In this document: piece after piece, positions 1-9,794 of the stretch
How the letters are laid out: every line of letters starts with the position of its first letter
How positions within the stretch are numbered: position 1 is the first letter of the stretch
Source of the DNA: an uncultured Acidimicrobiales bacterium
GTDB taxonomy: Bacteria; Actinomycetota; Acidimicrobiia; Acidimicrobiales; SZUA-35
DNA length: 64,000 bases
NCBI GenBank assembly: GCA_937976305.1
Contig: CALJSB010000027.1
Span: 29,368 to 93,367 of the forward strand
Reading direction: 5' to 3'
Program-made: the position numbers and the translations under genes
The notes under the pieces: generated by a model
The model's database searches: none
What the model was told of the DNA's origin: nothing
The model's input: only the letters and a program-made list of their open reading frames with translations

Positions 1-667
1 CCGGCGTTCCGACCTGCGTCACCTTCCCGTCCTCGATCACGATGATTCGATCTGCCAGCACGCTGGCATCGGTCGGATCATGCGTCACCAGAATGGTTGG
101 CGCCTCCACGGCGACCAGACGTTCTCGCAAGAGCCGCCGAATCGCAGTTCGAGTCGTCACGTCGAGGGCGGCCATTGGTTCGTCGAGAAGCAGCAGCTCC
201 GGATTGATAGCAAGCGCGCGGCCCAAGGCCACACGCTGCGCCTGCCCGCCGGACAGCTCATCGGCTGGCCGATCTGCAACCGACGTCAGGCCGAGTGCCT
301 CGACGAGCTCGCGGACCATGCGGCGAGATTCACCCTTCGAGTGGCCCTGGCTGACAACCCCGAAGGCAACGTTGTCGATCGCTGAGAGGTGCGGAAACAG
401 AAGCTTGTCTTGGAAGGCGACGCCGATCGCTCGCCGCTCGGGCTCGACAAAGACAGCACTCGCAGGATCATCAAGAACGCGACCTCCGAGCTCAATCGAT
501 CCTGAGGTGATTCGCTGCCAACCCATGAGTGCTTCGAGCGTCGTTGACTTGCCGGCGCCGTTCGGGCCGAGCAATGCCACGGTCTCCCCCGGCTCGACGG
601 AGAGCTCGATGTCGAGCACGAAGTTGCCCCGTTCGGCCTTCAACTGTGCGTGAAGGGCCCCGCTCAT
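1..667 (-). CDS. modC: Molybdate ABC transporter ATP-binding subunit (partial, runs off the window start)
   Basis: Not in the ORF track. Manual translation from ATG 667 (ATGA overlap with the modB stop) gives MSGALHAQLKAERGNFVLDIELSVEPGETVALLGPNGAGKSTT (Walker A), later LSGGQ and LLLLDEP. Follows modAB. Confidence 0.88.
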   Translation of the reverse strand, partial: MSGALHAQLKAERGNFVLDIELSVEPGETVALLGPNGAGKSTTLEALMGWQRITSGSIELGGRVLDDPASAVFVEPERRAIGVAFQDKLLFPHLSAIDNVAFGVVSQGHSKGESRRMVRELVEALGLTSVADRPADELSGGQAQRVALGRALAINPELLLLDEPMAALDVTTRTAIRRLLRERLVAVEAPTILVTHDPTDASVLADRIIVIEDGKVTQVGTP

Positions 668-1461
668 GTCCGCCACCACCGATCTCGGAGGCCAACGAGC
701 ACGGCAACGGAGATGACGACAAGCACCAGACTCATCGCGACGGCCTCGTCGCGATCAGATTCGAGGGCAACAAACACTGCGAGTGGCAGCGTCTGGGTGC
801 GGCCTTGCAGATTGCCGGCGAAGGTAATCGTCGCCCCGAACTCACCGAGAGCCCTGGCCCAGGCGAGCACGATCCCGGCCACGATCGATGGCCGGATCAT
901 CGGCAATGTCACTCGCCGAAAGACCTCAAGGGGCGATGCTCCGAGTGACGCGGCGGCGGCCTCGAAGCGGGGGTCGAGGTTGCGGAATCCACCCTCGACC
1001 GTCACAACGAGGAAGGGCAGCGCCACGAAGGTGTTGGCCATCACGACGCCAGCGGTCGAAAACGGCAACAACAGTCCCGTGACGTCTTCGAGGCCGCCGC
1101 CAACCAAGCCTCGCCGCCCGAACGCAAACAGGAGCGCCGCACCGCCGACAACCGGCGGAAGCACCATGGGCAGGGTCACGATCGCTCGAATCAGGCTTCG
1201 GCCCCGCAGTTCTACCCTGGCCAACAACCACGCAAGAGGAACACCGAGAATCGTCGATAGAGCGGCCGCTGCAAGCGAGCTCAGCAACGAGAGCACAAGG
1301 GCATCGCGAACCACGGGCCGGCCAAGAATCTCGGGCAAGTCAGTCCATGGAACGCGCCAGAGCAACCCGAGGAGCGGCACCACAAAGAAGGCAACGGCAA
1401 GCGCGGCCGCAGCAACGAGAACGGGAGGTGCTGATTTGATGGAGCGGAGCTGTCGCGTCAC
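664..1461 (-). CDS. modB: Molybdate ABC transporter permease
   Basis: Multiple TM segments; TLPMVLPPVVGG, EAAAASLGAS (EAA loop) and WARALGEFGAT motifs typical of ModB. Confidence 0.92.
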   Translation of the reverse strand: MTRQLRSIKSAPPVLVAAAALAVAFFVVPLLGLLWRVPWTDLPEILGRPVVRDALVLSLLSSLAAAALSTILGVPLAWLLARVELRGRSLIRAIVTLPMVLPPVVGGAALLFAFGRRGLVGGGLEDVTGLLLPFSTAGVVMANTFVALPFLVVTVEGGFRNLDPRFEAAAASLGASPLEVFRRVTLPMIRPSIVAGIVLAWARALGEFGATITFAGNLQGRTQTLPLAVFVALESDRDEAVAMSLVLVVISVAVLVGLRDRWWRT

Positions 1462-2285
1462 GAACTCACCGGCTGACCCAATCCGTGTCGCTCGAGAATC
1501 TCTTGCCCGACCGGCGACAAGACGAAGGCGATGAACTCGTCAGCAGCACCGTTGGAACCGGTGTTGGTCGAGTCCGCCACGACCGCGATCGCGTAATCGA
1601 CCTCGACCATCAACTCTTGTGGGAGCGGGATCGAGTCGCTCGTGCTTGAGATGAGATCAGATCGGTAGACAACGCCAACGTCGAGCTCGCCTTCTTCGAT
1701 CTTTGCGAGCAACGAGCGGACGTTCGGCTCTTGGGTGTCTGGGCTTGGTTGGAGGTCGGCGAGCTGGAAGAGCTGTGCGGCTGCCGCGCCACACGGCACT
1801 TCGACGGCGCAAATACCAACGACAAGATCTTCACGAGACAGGTCGGTGATCGACGTCACGCCAGCGGGGTTACCCGCCGGGACGGCGAGAACCACACCGT
1901 TCGTGGCGAACGTCATCGGAACTGACGCGATCGCCCCAGCATCGACAAGTCCGATCATGACATCGAGGTTTGCCGACGCGAACACGTCGGCTTGAGCGCC
2001 GTCAAGGATCTGCTCACGCAACGATGAACTGCCACCGAGGACGAGCTCGACGTTGACATCTGACTGTGTGCCTTCGAACGCAGCTGCCATATCGCCAAAC
2101 GCGTCGGTCAACGAGCTGGCGGCAAAGACCTGAATCGTCTCATCTGACCGAGCTGGAGAGCACGCCGAGGCAAGCAACGCAAGACTGAGCATGAGGCTGA
2201 CGGGCAGTGGCGGGGGCAGGCGCGAGCGACGGGCGCAGCAACACACCCGTCGAGGGCGCAATCGTCTCATGCTCGAAGTGCTCAT
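1458..2285 (-). CDS. modA: Molybdate ABC transporter substrate-binding lipoprotein (true start may be downstream, near 2192)
   Basis: Lipobox LLASAC; VFAASSLTDAF, GGSSSL, ADVFASAN, VPCG and GVVYRSD motifs of ModA. Confidence 0.9.
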   Translation of the reverse strand: MSTSSMRRLRPRRVCCCARRSRLPPPLPVSLMLSLALLASACSPARSDETIQVFAASSLTDAFGDMAAAFEGTQSDVNVELVLGGSSSLREQILDGAQADVFASANLDVMIGLVDAGAIASVPMTFATNGVVLAVPAGNPAGVTSITDLSREDLVVGICAVEVPCGAAAAQLFQLADLQPSPDTQEPNVRSLLAKIEEGELDVGVVYRSDLISSTSDSIPLPQELMVEVDYAIAVVADSTNTGSNGAADEFIAFVLSPVGQEILERHGLGQPVSS

Positions 2286-2288
2286 AAC

Positions 2289-2301
2289 GTCTCAGTGAGA
2301 C
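2289..2301. promoter_or_regulatory. Palindrome GTCTCA-G-TGAGAC, candidate operator between modA and the PadR gene
   Basis: Perfect 6-1-6 inverted repeat in the 25-bp gap between divergent genes. Confidence 0.45.
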
Positions 2302-2310
2302 TACTGTGCG

Positions 2311-2856
2311 ATGCAGGACGAAACCATGTCGACTTCTGCGCCAACTTCGCCGACACCCGAGCTCGAGCTACCGATGACCGAGCGTGCGGTTCTTGCGCTC
2401 CTTTGTGAGGGACCAGCCCATGGATTTGCGCTCGCCGCGGAACTCCAACCAGAGAGCGATATCGGCCGAGTCTTCACGGTTCGCCGTCCGCTCGTGTATC
2501 GAGCACTCAACAATCTCGTCGACCTCGATCTGGCCCGAGCCGACCGGGAGGAGCCAAGCACCGCAGGACCAAAACGAGTGGTTCACATCGCCACGCCGCA
2601 GGGTGTCGAACTCAACACGACGTGGCTCAAAGAACCGGTCGAACACATTCGGGATCTGCGTACGCAGCTGTTACTCAAGCTCCTACTGCTTCAACGATCA
2701 GGGCGATCGACACAGCAGTTGGTGCACGCCGAACGGCGTGAGCTACAGGACACACTTCAGCAACTCATTGACCGCAGGGAGTCCGGGGATGTTGTCGATC
2801 GCTGGCGGGCCGGATCGGCCCAAGCAACGCTTGACTTCCTTACCCAGTTGGGATGA
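2311..2856 (+). CDS. PadR family transcriptional regulator
   Basis: AVLALLCEGPAHGFALA...VYRALNNL...GPKRVVHIATPQG...WL winged-helix pattern with a helical C-terminus. Confidence 0.85.
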   Translation: MQDETMSTSAPTSPTPELELPMTERAVLALLCEGPAHGFALAAELQPESDIGRVFTVRRPLVYRALNNLVDLDLARADREEPSTAGPKRVVHIATPQGVELNTTWLKEPVEHIRDLRTQLLLKLLLLQRSGRSTQQLVHAERRELQDTLQQLIDRRESGDVVDRWRAGSAQATLDFLTQLG

Positions 2857-2883
2857 GGAAGTGCGCGCCGCTCGTGAGCCGGA

Positions 2884-3831
2884 TCAGGCTTCTAGGTCGT
2901 TCCAATACGGAGACAACAAATCTGTGTTGACGAGGTGAGTTGGTTCGTCGCCGTTCAGCACCAGCAACACTTGCTCGAGCGCCATCTCGAGCATTCGCTG
3001 CCGCCCCACAACAGTCGATGATGCGATGTGAGGGGTGACGATCACGTCGTCACGATTGAGGAGCGGATGGTCGGCCGGGAGTGGTTCGGGGTCGGTCACG
3101 TCGAGACCGGCATCGGACACTTGACCGGTGTGGAGAGCCTCAAGAAGCGCATCGTGGTCGACGAGACCGCCCCGACCGGCGTTCACGAACACGACGCCAA
3201 ACTTGCACTTACCGAACGCTTCGGCGTCGAAGATCTTGGCCGTGTCGGCGCTCAACGGAGCATGGAGTGACAGAACATCGGCGGTGGCGCACATCTCGTC
3301 GAATGAGACAAGCGTCGTCTTTGCCGGATCGCTTTCGAGGTCTTCTTGGTCCACGAACGGGTCATGCGCAATCACGCGCATACCGATGGCCGACGCAATG
3401 GCGGCGACTCGGCGAGCGATTCGGCCGTAGGCCAACAGCCCGAGCGTGAGCCCATCGAGTTCGATACCGGTGGCCAAACGGGAGTAGTCACCGGTTTGTT
3501 GCCGTAGCCGATGTTGGTGGCGAGGCAGGGTTTTGGCTGCAGCCAGCATCAGCGCAATCGCGTGTTCTGCGGTGGAAACCGTTGGCCCCTCGGGAGTATT
3601 CGTGACCGCGATGCCTCGCTCACTCGCCGCCGCCAAATCGACCGCATCGAATCCGATTCCGGTGCGAGCGATCACGCGCAGATCAGGGCACTGATCCATC
3701 AGCTCAGCGGTCCACGGTGAGCCACCCACGATGACGGCTTGAGAACCGGCACGGTCGATGTCGGCGGGTCCGACCAGAAGGTGACCGCCAGCATCCAATT
3801 CGGCGAAGGGCCGATCAATCCAGATCTTCAT
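2884..3831 (-). CDS. D-isomer-specific 2-hydroxyacid dehydrogenase (SerA/GhrB-like)
   Basis: RTGIGFDAVD, TAEHAIALML, YGRIARRVA, VNAGRGGLVD, LDVTDPEPL and TPHIAS motifs. Confidence 0.9.
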   Translation of the reverse strand: MKIWIDRPFAELDAGGHLLVGPADIDRAGSQAVIVGGSPWTAELMDQCPDLRVIARTGIGFDAVDLAAASERGIAVTNTPEGPTVSTAEHAIALMLAAAKTLPRHQHRLRQQTGDYSRLATGIELDGLTLGLLAYGRIARRVAAIASAIGMRVIAHDPFVDQEDLESDPAKTTLVSFDEMCATADVLSLHAPLSADTAKIFDAEAFGKCKFGVVFVNAGRGGLVDHDALLEALHTGQVSDAGLDVTDPEPLPADHPLLNRDDVIVTPHIASSTVVGRQRMLEMALEQVLLVLNGDEPTHLVNTDLLSPYWNDLEA

Positions 3832-4037
3832 GTCGCGAGACTCACGTGGCGTCTTCCTTGCTGGGTTGCCGATGGTGGACGAGCCCAGTTCATCTCAGCG
3901 ATGAGCAGCTGGCCAACTCTGGCGACCAAGGTAACTGCGTCAAGACGCTGCGAGAGCCGAAGCCTGCGCACCTCGACACCGTGCCCAACACCACGGCGCT
4001 CACGCCGAGACGCAATCGACGATTAGCCTCTTCAGGA

Positions 4038-4697
4038 GTGTCGAAGAGTCGGTTCAGCATTGCGGCGATGTCGCTACTTCTCGTAGGTGCGGCGTGCAGC
4101 CCAGCGGGCGCCAACGACATGCCAGAAAATTCGGTTTTGCGCCTCGAGTTGGCCCAATGCCACAACGGCAACGAACACCGAGCAACAGCGTTTGCGGTTG
4201 ACGACGGTTACGCCCTTTCGGTTGCCCATGCCTTCGACAACGTCGACGGATTTCGGGTCCTGACCGCCGACCAACGTGAGCTCCAGGCCGAGGTGGTGTT
4301 TCTCGATGCCGAACGTGACATCAGCGTGCTTCGGATCAGCGGTGACGACACTCCAGAGGGATTGTCGCTTCGCTCTGCTGCCGACGATGACAATGATGCG
4401 AGGTTCGCGACCTTCGCCGAAGAGGACGGGCCCGACACGAAAGACGCGACGATCTTGCGGTTCGTGCGGCTGACGCTCGACGGCGTTGGCGATCGCGCCG
4501 GCATTGAACTTGCTGCCGACATCGTTTCCGGTGACTCAGGCGGGCCACTGCTCGACGACGATGGCCGCGTGATCGGGATGGTTTTCGCTACCTCACGCCG
4601 GGGCGAGCGCGGCTGGGCCATCGCTACCGCTGAGCTCGAGAGTGCTCTCGAAGCTCGACAAGATGAGGCGATTGAGCGCCCGTGCGCTCCTCGCTGA
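4038..4697 (+). CDS. Trypsin-like serine protease lipoprotein (MarP protease domain-like); start uncertain
   Basis: Catalytic triad motifs SVAHA, RDISVL and GDSGGPL; lipobox LVGAAC; Cys near both ends of the domain. Confidence 0.8.
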   Translation: MSKSRFSIAAMSLLLVGAACSPAGANDMPENSVLRLELAQCHNGNEHRATAFAVDDGYALSVAHAFDNVDGFRVLTADQRELQAEVVFLDAERDISVLRISGDDTPEGLSLRSAADDDNDARFATFAEEDGPDTKDATILRFVRLTLDGVGDRAGIELAADIVSGDSGGPLLDDDGRVIGMVFATSRRGERGWAIATAELESALEARQDEAIERPCAPR

Positions 4698-4701
4698 CGA
4701 G

Positions 4702-5904
4702 CTAACCGAGTTCGCTGCCGACGATCGACACGAAGCTGACGCAATTGCCGGGCGCACCACCGAGGTTGTGCGTCATCCCGAGCTTCTTGCCACCCTCGGT
4801 CACGCTCTTGATCTGACGCTCTGGCGGTGCTTCTTCACGGAGCTGGAGCCAACACTCGAACAACATCCGAAGTCCTGAGGCGCCAATCGGGTGACCAAAG
4901 CTCTTCAGTCCGCCGTCGGGGTTCACCGGCAGTTCGCCGTCGAGGTCGTAGGTGCCCGCAAGCACCTCTTTCCAGCCGAGACCTCGCTCAGCAAAGCCGA
5001 GGTCTTCCATCAACACGAGTTCGGTTGGCGTGAAGCAGTCGTGCACTTCGGCCATGGCGATCTCGGCCCGGGGATTCTCGACCCCCGCTTGGGCGTATGC
5101 ATCTGCAGCACACGCAGAGACCTCGTGGAAGGTCGAGTAGTCGTAGTCAGAATCGATCGGGCCGGCTCCGGGGCCAGCGGTGAAGGCCAAGGCCTTCACG
5201 TACAACGGGTTGTCGGTGTACTTGTGAGCGTCTTCTGCCCGCACGATGATCGCCGCGGCTGCGCCGTCGCTGACACCCGAGCAGTCGAAGATGCCGAGCT
5301 GACCAGCAATCAGCGGGGCGTTGCAGATCTTCTCCTGGCTGACTTCCTTCTGGAACTGCGCACGAGGGTTGCGGGCGCCGTTGTAGTGGTTCTTCCACGC
5401 GATGCGAGTCATCACGTCTTTCATCTCGGTCTCGTCGACGCCGTACTTGCTGGCGTAGGCAGGGGCGAGAAGTGAGAAGCTGGCAGGAGCCGTCAGCGTG
5501 GGAGCCGTACCGTCGTCGGGAATGGTGCCGCCGACGAGGCCCGACATGCCGTTGTCCTTCAGCTTCTCGACGCCAAAGGCGGCGACCATGTCGTAGGCGC
5601 CAGAGGCGACGGCGTAGCAGGCGTTGCGGAATGCCTCTGAACCGGTGGCGCACATGTTCTCGACACGGGTCACGGGCTTGTAGTCGATCTTGAGCGCTCG
5701 GCTGAGCGTCAGACCGGACACACCCGAACCAAGGGTGCCAAACCAATAGGCGTCGATGTCGTCTTGATTGATGCCAGCCGAGGCGTAGGCCTCGGTCGAT
5801 GCGTCGACGAGCATGTCTTCGACGCTCTTGTCCCAGTGCTCACCGAATGGGGTGCAACCCATCCCGACGATCGCAACTTGATCCTTGATTCCTCGTGATC
5901 CCAT
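4702..5904 (-). CDS. Thiolase-superfamily acyltransferase (SCP2/PhlC/BbsB type)
   Basis: VAIVGMGCTPFG, RVENMCATGS (catalytic Cys), SDGAAA, EVHDCF, GGLKSFGHPIGASG and HNLGG. Confidence 0.9.
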   Translation of the reverse strand: MGSRGIKDQVAIVGMGCTPFGEHWDKSVEDMLVDASTEAYASAGINQDDIDAYWFGTLGSGVSGLTLSRALKIDYKPVTRVENMCATGSEAFRNACYAVASGAYDMVAAFGVEKLKDNGMSGLVGGTIPDDGTAPTLTAPASFSLLAPAYASKYGVDETEMKDVMTRIAWKNHYNGARNPRAQFQKEVSQEKICNAPLIAGQLGIFDCSGVSDGAAAAIIVRAEDAHKYTDNPLYVKALAFTAGPGAGPIDSDYDYSTFHEVSACAADAYAQAGVENPRAEIAMAEVHDCFTPTELVLMEDLGFAERGLGWKEVLAGTYDLDGELPVNPDGGLKSFGHPIGASGLRMLFECWLQLREEAPPERQIKSVTEGGKKLGMTHNLGGAPGNCVSFVSIVGSELG

Positions 5905-5939
5905 GGTGGTCCCCTAGTGGTTGTCTTTGGCCTTCGTGC

Positions 5940-7355
5940 TCAGGAGGCGAGTGGCTTTGCTTTCCAAAAGTAGTTGTGGATGCCTTCTGCTGTCAGCATC
6001 CGGCGAAAGGTCATCTCGACCCGATCACCGATCTTCACCTTGTCTGGATCGGCATCAGCGAGCTGACATTGAAATCGTCCGCCGCCATCGAAGTCGATCA
6101 CCACAGTAATCGTGGGAGGCGACAACGAGTAAGCGAGGTGGTCAATGGTGAACGTCGCGACCGTCGCCGGAACGTCGGCCATCACGACTGGCTCCATCTC
6201 ATCGACCGCGCCTCCCTTGACCGAAACCCGGGTCGGCGGAAGGTGAACGGTGCCGGTCGAACGGTCTCGAGAGCCGACAAACCCGTACTTCCACGCCTGG
6301 TTGCGGAGCGCTGGTGGAGCAAACGGAGGCACCGGGTCGGGCCGACGTGGTGGCTCGCGATCGAGAAAGCCACGCCAGGTCAAGAACGTGTTGTAGTCAA
6401 TCGTGGTGGTGTCTTCGAACTGAGACGCCAGCGTTGCCGATGGCTGATAGTTCGTGATGGCTTCGGTGGTTCGATAGAAGCCAACATCACAACCGTCGGC
6501 GAGGTGGATCACCATGATCGTCTCGCCGGCGCCGGCGTTGTCGAGCACAGACGAGAGCACGACGCCGGCCTGTGATGAGCCGGTGTTGCCAATCACTCCA
6601 GTGTGATCGTCGGCCATGGGCCGACCGTCGACACCTGCGGCTCGAGCTGCTCCCCGCACGGCTCGAGCGTGCATGCCGGCCACGACGACGTGGTCGATGT
6701 CGTCTGGTTCGAGGCTGCACTCTTTCAACGCAGCGCTGGCCGCGTCGGTAACGAGCGGCAGGTATGCGTGCTCGCCGAAGCGCTCTTCCCAGACCCGGCT
6801 GTAGTTCCACTCGGGCTGCCGCCAGCGGTCAAGGAACTCAGCGGTCGACGATGCGCCGCCGAGCCACTCGGCGATGACGTCGCCGTCGTTGTCGTCACCA
6901 ATCATCCAGGCGATGGCAGCGTCACCGAGCGCGGACTCGTCGCCAGAGCCAGGGCGACCGGAACGCACATCTGAGGCCACGACCATCGTTGGCTTCGACG
7001 AGTCGAGTGCTGAACGCAACGCGGCGTTGACCGACCGGGCCGAGCCCGTCATGTCGCCGGCAAACACGTGCTGGGGCAGGTTGAGTGCAGCGTGGATCAC
7101 CGTGGCGTTGGTCTTGTCGAGGTAGGGCGGCGTGGCGCTCGCGAAGTAGACGGCATTTGGCGTCAGCTTCTCGGTACCGCCGATCGATCGCAGCAAGCCC
7201 CGGGCGGCCTCAACCGACATCGAGGTGGCGTCTTCGTCGTAACCGGCAACCGAGCGAGTGCCTCGCCCACCGCCAGACCCAAGAGCCGCCGTGACGTCAG
7301 CTCGATCGAGCCGGTAGTACGGGATGTAGGCGCTGTAACCGAGAATGCCTCGCAT
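5940..7355 (-). CDS. HMG-CoA synthase/KAS III-like domain fused to a C-terminal DUF35 (ChsH2-type) OB-fold
   Basis: N-terminal GILGYSAYIPYYRL, DEDATSMSVEAAR and GNTG; C-terminal TVATFTID...DFDGGGR...IGDRVEMTFRR...NYFWKAKP. Confidence 0.85.
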   Translation of the reverse strand: MRGILGYSAYIPYYRLDRADVTAALGSGGGRGTRSVAGYDEDATSMSVEAARGLLRSIGGTEKLTPNAVYFASATPPYLDKTNATVIHAALNLPQHVFAGDMTGSARSVNAALRSALDSSKPTMVVASDVRSGRPGSGDESALGDAAIAWMIGDDNDGDVIAEWLGGASSTAEFLDRWRQPEWNYSRVWEERFGEHAYLPLVTDAASAALKECSLEPDDIDHVVVAGMHARAVRGAARAAGVDGRPMADDHTGVIGNTGSSQAGVVLSSVLDNAGAGETIMVIHLADGCDVGFYRTTEAITNYQPSATLASQFEDTTTIDYNTFLTWRGFLDREPPRRPDPVPPFAPPALRNQAWKYGFVGSRDRSTGTVHLPPTRVSVKGGAVDEMEPVVMADVPATVATFTIDHLAYSLSPPTITVVIDFDGGGRFQCQLADADPDKVKIGDRVEMTFRRMLTAEGIHNYFWKAKPLAS

Positions 7356-7433
7356 CGAACCTCTTTCACTCTGTGCCGTTTCACACGGTGCCGTCGCTCC
7401 CGAAACTATCTCTCCCCGCCGACTCGGTCGAAC

Positions 7434-8573
7434 TCACACGCTGAGATCGAGGGCGTTGTAGTCGACGATCTCTCGGCGGGCAGCGTCGTCGAATCGCACG
7501 TCTTGGCCCGCCAACGGCAGGTACTCAAACGGTTGCTCGTCGGGATAGCGCTGGCGCCGGGCATCGATCCCCCACCCGATCGCTTTCGAACGCTGAGCGA
7601 TGCGCTCTGCATCGAGCTCGCCAACCTTGCCGTGGATGCCGCTTCCGGTCTGCCCGAGCACCGATGCTCGGCGATGAAAGCCCATGTTGAGGGTCACGCG
7701 TCGATCAGGGCTCGTGTTGGCGAACGAACCGTGCACCGCCTGGCGATTGACAATGGCGACATCGCCAGGCTCGCACACGAGTGGAACGGCATCGGGCAGC
7801 CGCTCCGAACCAGCCGCCTCGACCATCCCGGCAATGTCGACCGTGCGCAGCTTGTGGGTGCCGGGCACGACCCACACACCGTTTGCTGGCGTGCACCCGA
7901 ACACCTGCCCCATCAGGTTGAAGCCATGGGAGCCCTGATCCCAGTCGGGCGAGTCCCAGTGGGTGACGCCATCGCGATGCCACGCAACCGAGGGGCCAAC
8001 CCCCGGGTCCTTCATGAAGAGCACCTCGTTGAACGGGGTGAAGTCTCGTCCGTTGATGGCGGCAGCAATGCCGAGCAGATCTGGGTGTCCGTACACCCGC
8101 AGACACGCATCGCTGAACTGCAACGTGCCGTGAACGACGTACACAACCTCATCGGGCGCGTCCGCCGGAGCTTCGGGCTCGTGCATCTTCACCGGATGAC
8201 GGCCGTGTGCCAGCTTCGTCCCGCCAACAGGATCAGACAGTGTCTTGGCCCAGATTACGTTCTGCGCTTCGAGATCGGTGCCGTAGGCCGGGTTGCCATC
8301 GCTGTCGACATCGGCCCCTCGATGCACCGGCAGACGCCGGCGAAACTGGGCCAAGTCGCTCTCGATATCAGCCAGTTCGTCGGGCCCGAGCACCCCTTCG
8401 AAGATGTAGAAGCCGTACTGCCAATAGGCCTCGACGATCTCTGGGTGAAGAACTCCTTCGCCCACAAACCGCACCGGGCCACGGTTGCCAAGCTCAAAGG
8501 CTCGGCGTTCTCCATCGGCGAAGTACTCCTGCAACTCGGCGCTGGCAACCATTCGCCACATTTGCACGAGCAT
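7434..8573 (-). CDS. Phytanoyl-CoA dioxygenase (PhyH) family Fe(II)/2-oxoglutarate oxygenase
   Basis: WHRD (HxD), NGVWVVPGTH, PGDV, VHGSFAN and RRVTLN motifs. Confidence 0.88.
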   Translation of the reverse strand: MLVQMWRMVASAELQEYFADGERRAFELGNRGPVRFVGEGVLHPEIVEAYWQYGFYIFEGVLGPDELADIESDLAQFRRRLPVHRGADVDSDGNPAYGTDLEAQNVIWAKTLSDPVGGTKLAHGRHPVKMHEPEAPADAPDEVVYVVHGTLQFSDACLRVYGHPDLLGIAAAINGRDFTPFNEVLFMKDPGVGPSVAWHRDGVTHWDSPDWDQGSHGFNLMGQVFGCTPANGVWVVPGTHKLRTVDIAGMVEAAGSERLPDAVPLVCEPGDVAIVNRQAVHGSFANTSPDRRVTLNMGFHRRASVLGQTGSGIHGKVGELDAERIAQRSKAIGWGIDARRQRYPDEQPFEYLPLAGQDVRFDDAARREIVDYNALDLSV

Positions 8574-8606
8574 CGGAAAACTTGCAAGGAACTCCGGAGA
8601 AGCTCG

Positions 8607-9794
8607 TCAGTTCGAACCGCCGCTCACCGCGAGTGCAGGGTCGAGACGAGCTGCTTTGGCGGCGGGGTAGAAACCAGCGAGCATGCCGATGACCAAGGCG
8701 GCGCCGAGACCGGATGCCAACGCGAGTGGTGGGAGATCAACCACCCAGCCTTGGCGGCGGGCATAGCCGATCGTGATGCCCGACCCGAGCAGGATGCCAA
8801 GCACCCCACCCAGGCCAGACAACAAAGCAGCCTCCAACACAAACTGAGAACGGATGTGGCCACGAGTGGCACCGAGAGCCCTGCGAAGACCAATCTCGCC
8901 CCGTCGTTCGAGCACAGAGATCACCATCACGTTGGCGATACCTACGCCTCCCACAAGCAGCGCAACACCACCGAGAGCCAGCAACAAGTTCTGAAGATTC
9001 TGATCGACCTCGGCGCGAGCCTCGAGCAGATCGGACGGGCGGGAAACATCAACCTTCGCTGGCCGACCCGGATGAGCCGTCGGGGCAAGCAGCGGACGTG
9101 TCTCGTTGATCAGATCGGGGTCGACGCGAACGTAGATCGCGGTCGGGTTCGGTTCGACGCCAAGCAGTTCGATTGCCGCTTGATCGCCAATGAGCACCTT
9201 GCGCGAGATATCGGGGTTGAGTGGTAGCTCGTCGAGGATGCCGACAACAACAAAGTCCTGTCCGCCCACGTCGATGACCGGACCACCCTCGAGGTCGGTG
9301 ATGCCCAGTCGAATCGCAGCCACGTCGCCCAGCACCACGACGGGGAGCGCTCGCAGTCCGTCATCCAACGGACGACCCGCTGTGGTGTCCACCCGCAGCG
9401 TCTCGAACAATTCGGGAGACGCCGCCATGGCGTTGATGCCAACGACGTTGGTGTCGCGGTCATTGCGCCGCACCTCGAATTCGGTGCTGATCACCGCAGC
9501 AGCAGCGTCGACATTTTCGACGCGCCTGATCATGGGTTCCGCCTCGATCGGCAGCGGTTCGATGCTGATGCCCGTCGACGAGGCTTCAACCCGAAGCAGG
9601 TTGGTGCCCAAGCTGTCGAGTTGGGCGATCAGCGCAGCCTTTGACGACGACGAGATACCGACGACCGCAACCATCGATGCAATACCGATGGCGATGCCGA
9701 GCGCCGTGAGCGCCGTGCGACCGCGCCGGCTGCGCAGTCCGACGACACTCGTCGACACCACATCGCGGGCTCGGAGTTTTGATCGATCCATCAT
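8607..9794 (-). CDS. MacB/FtsX-type ABC transporter permease
   Basis: RTALTALGIAIGIASMV, GGVGIANVMVISVLERRGEIGLRRALGA and YPAAKAARLDP. Confidence 0.92.
   Translation of the reverse strand: MMDRSKLRARDVVSTSVVGLRSRRGRTALTALGIAIGIASMVAVVGISSSSKAALIAQLDSLGTNLLRVEASSTGISIEPLPIEAEPMIRRVENVDAAAAVISTEFEVRRNDRDTNVVGINAMAASPELFETLRVDTTAGRPLDDGLRALPVVVLGDVAAIRLGITDLEGGPVIDVGGQDFVVVGILDELPLNPDISRKVLIGDQAAIELLGVEPNPTAIYVRVDPDLINETRPLLAPTAHPGRPAKVDVSRPSDLLEARAEVDQNLQNLLLALGGVALLVGGVGIANVMVISVLERRGEIGLRRALGATRGHIRSQFVLEAALLSGLGGVLGILLGSGITIGYARRQGWVVDLPPLALASGLGAALVIGMLAGFYPAAKAARLDPALAVSGGSN

Noticed and set aside
7068-9227. 719-aa + strand ORF, and similar long ORFs such as 42-653, 28022-29356, 39958-41187, 41927-43132 and 56426-57784
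   Set aside because: Antisense shadows of well-supported genes in high-GC DNA, with no recognisable motifs.
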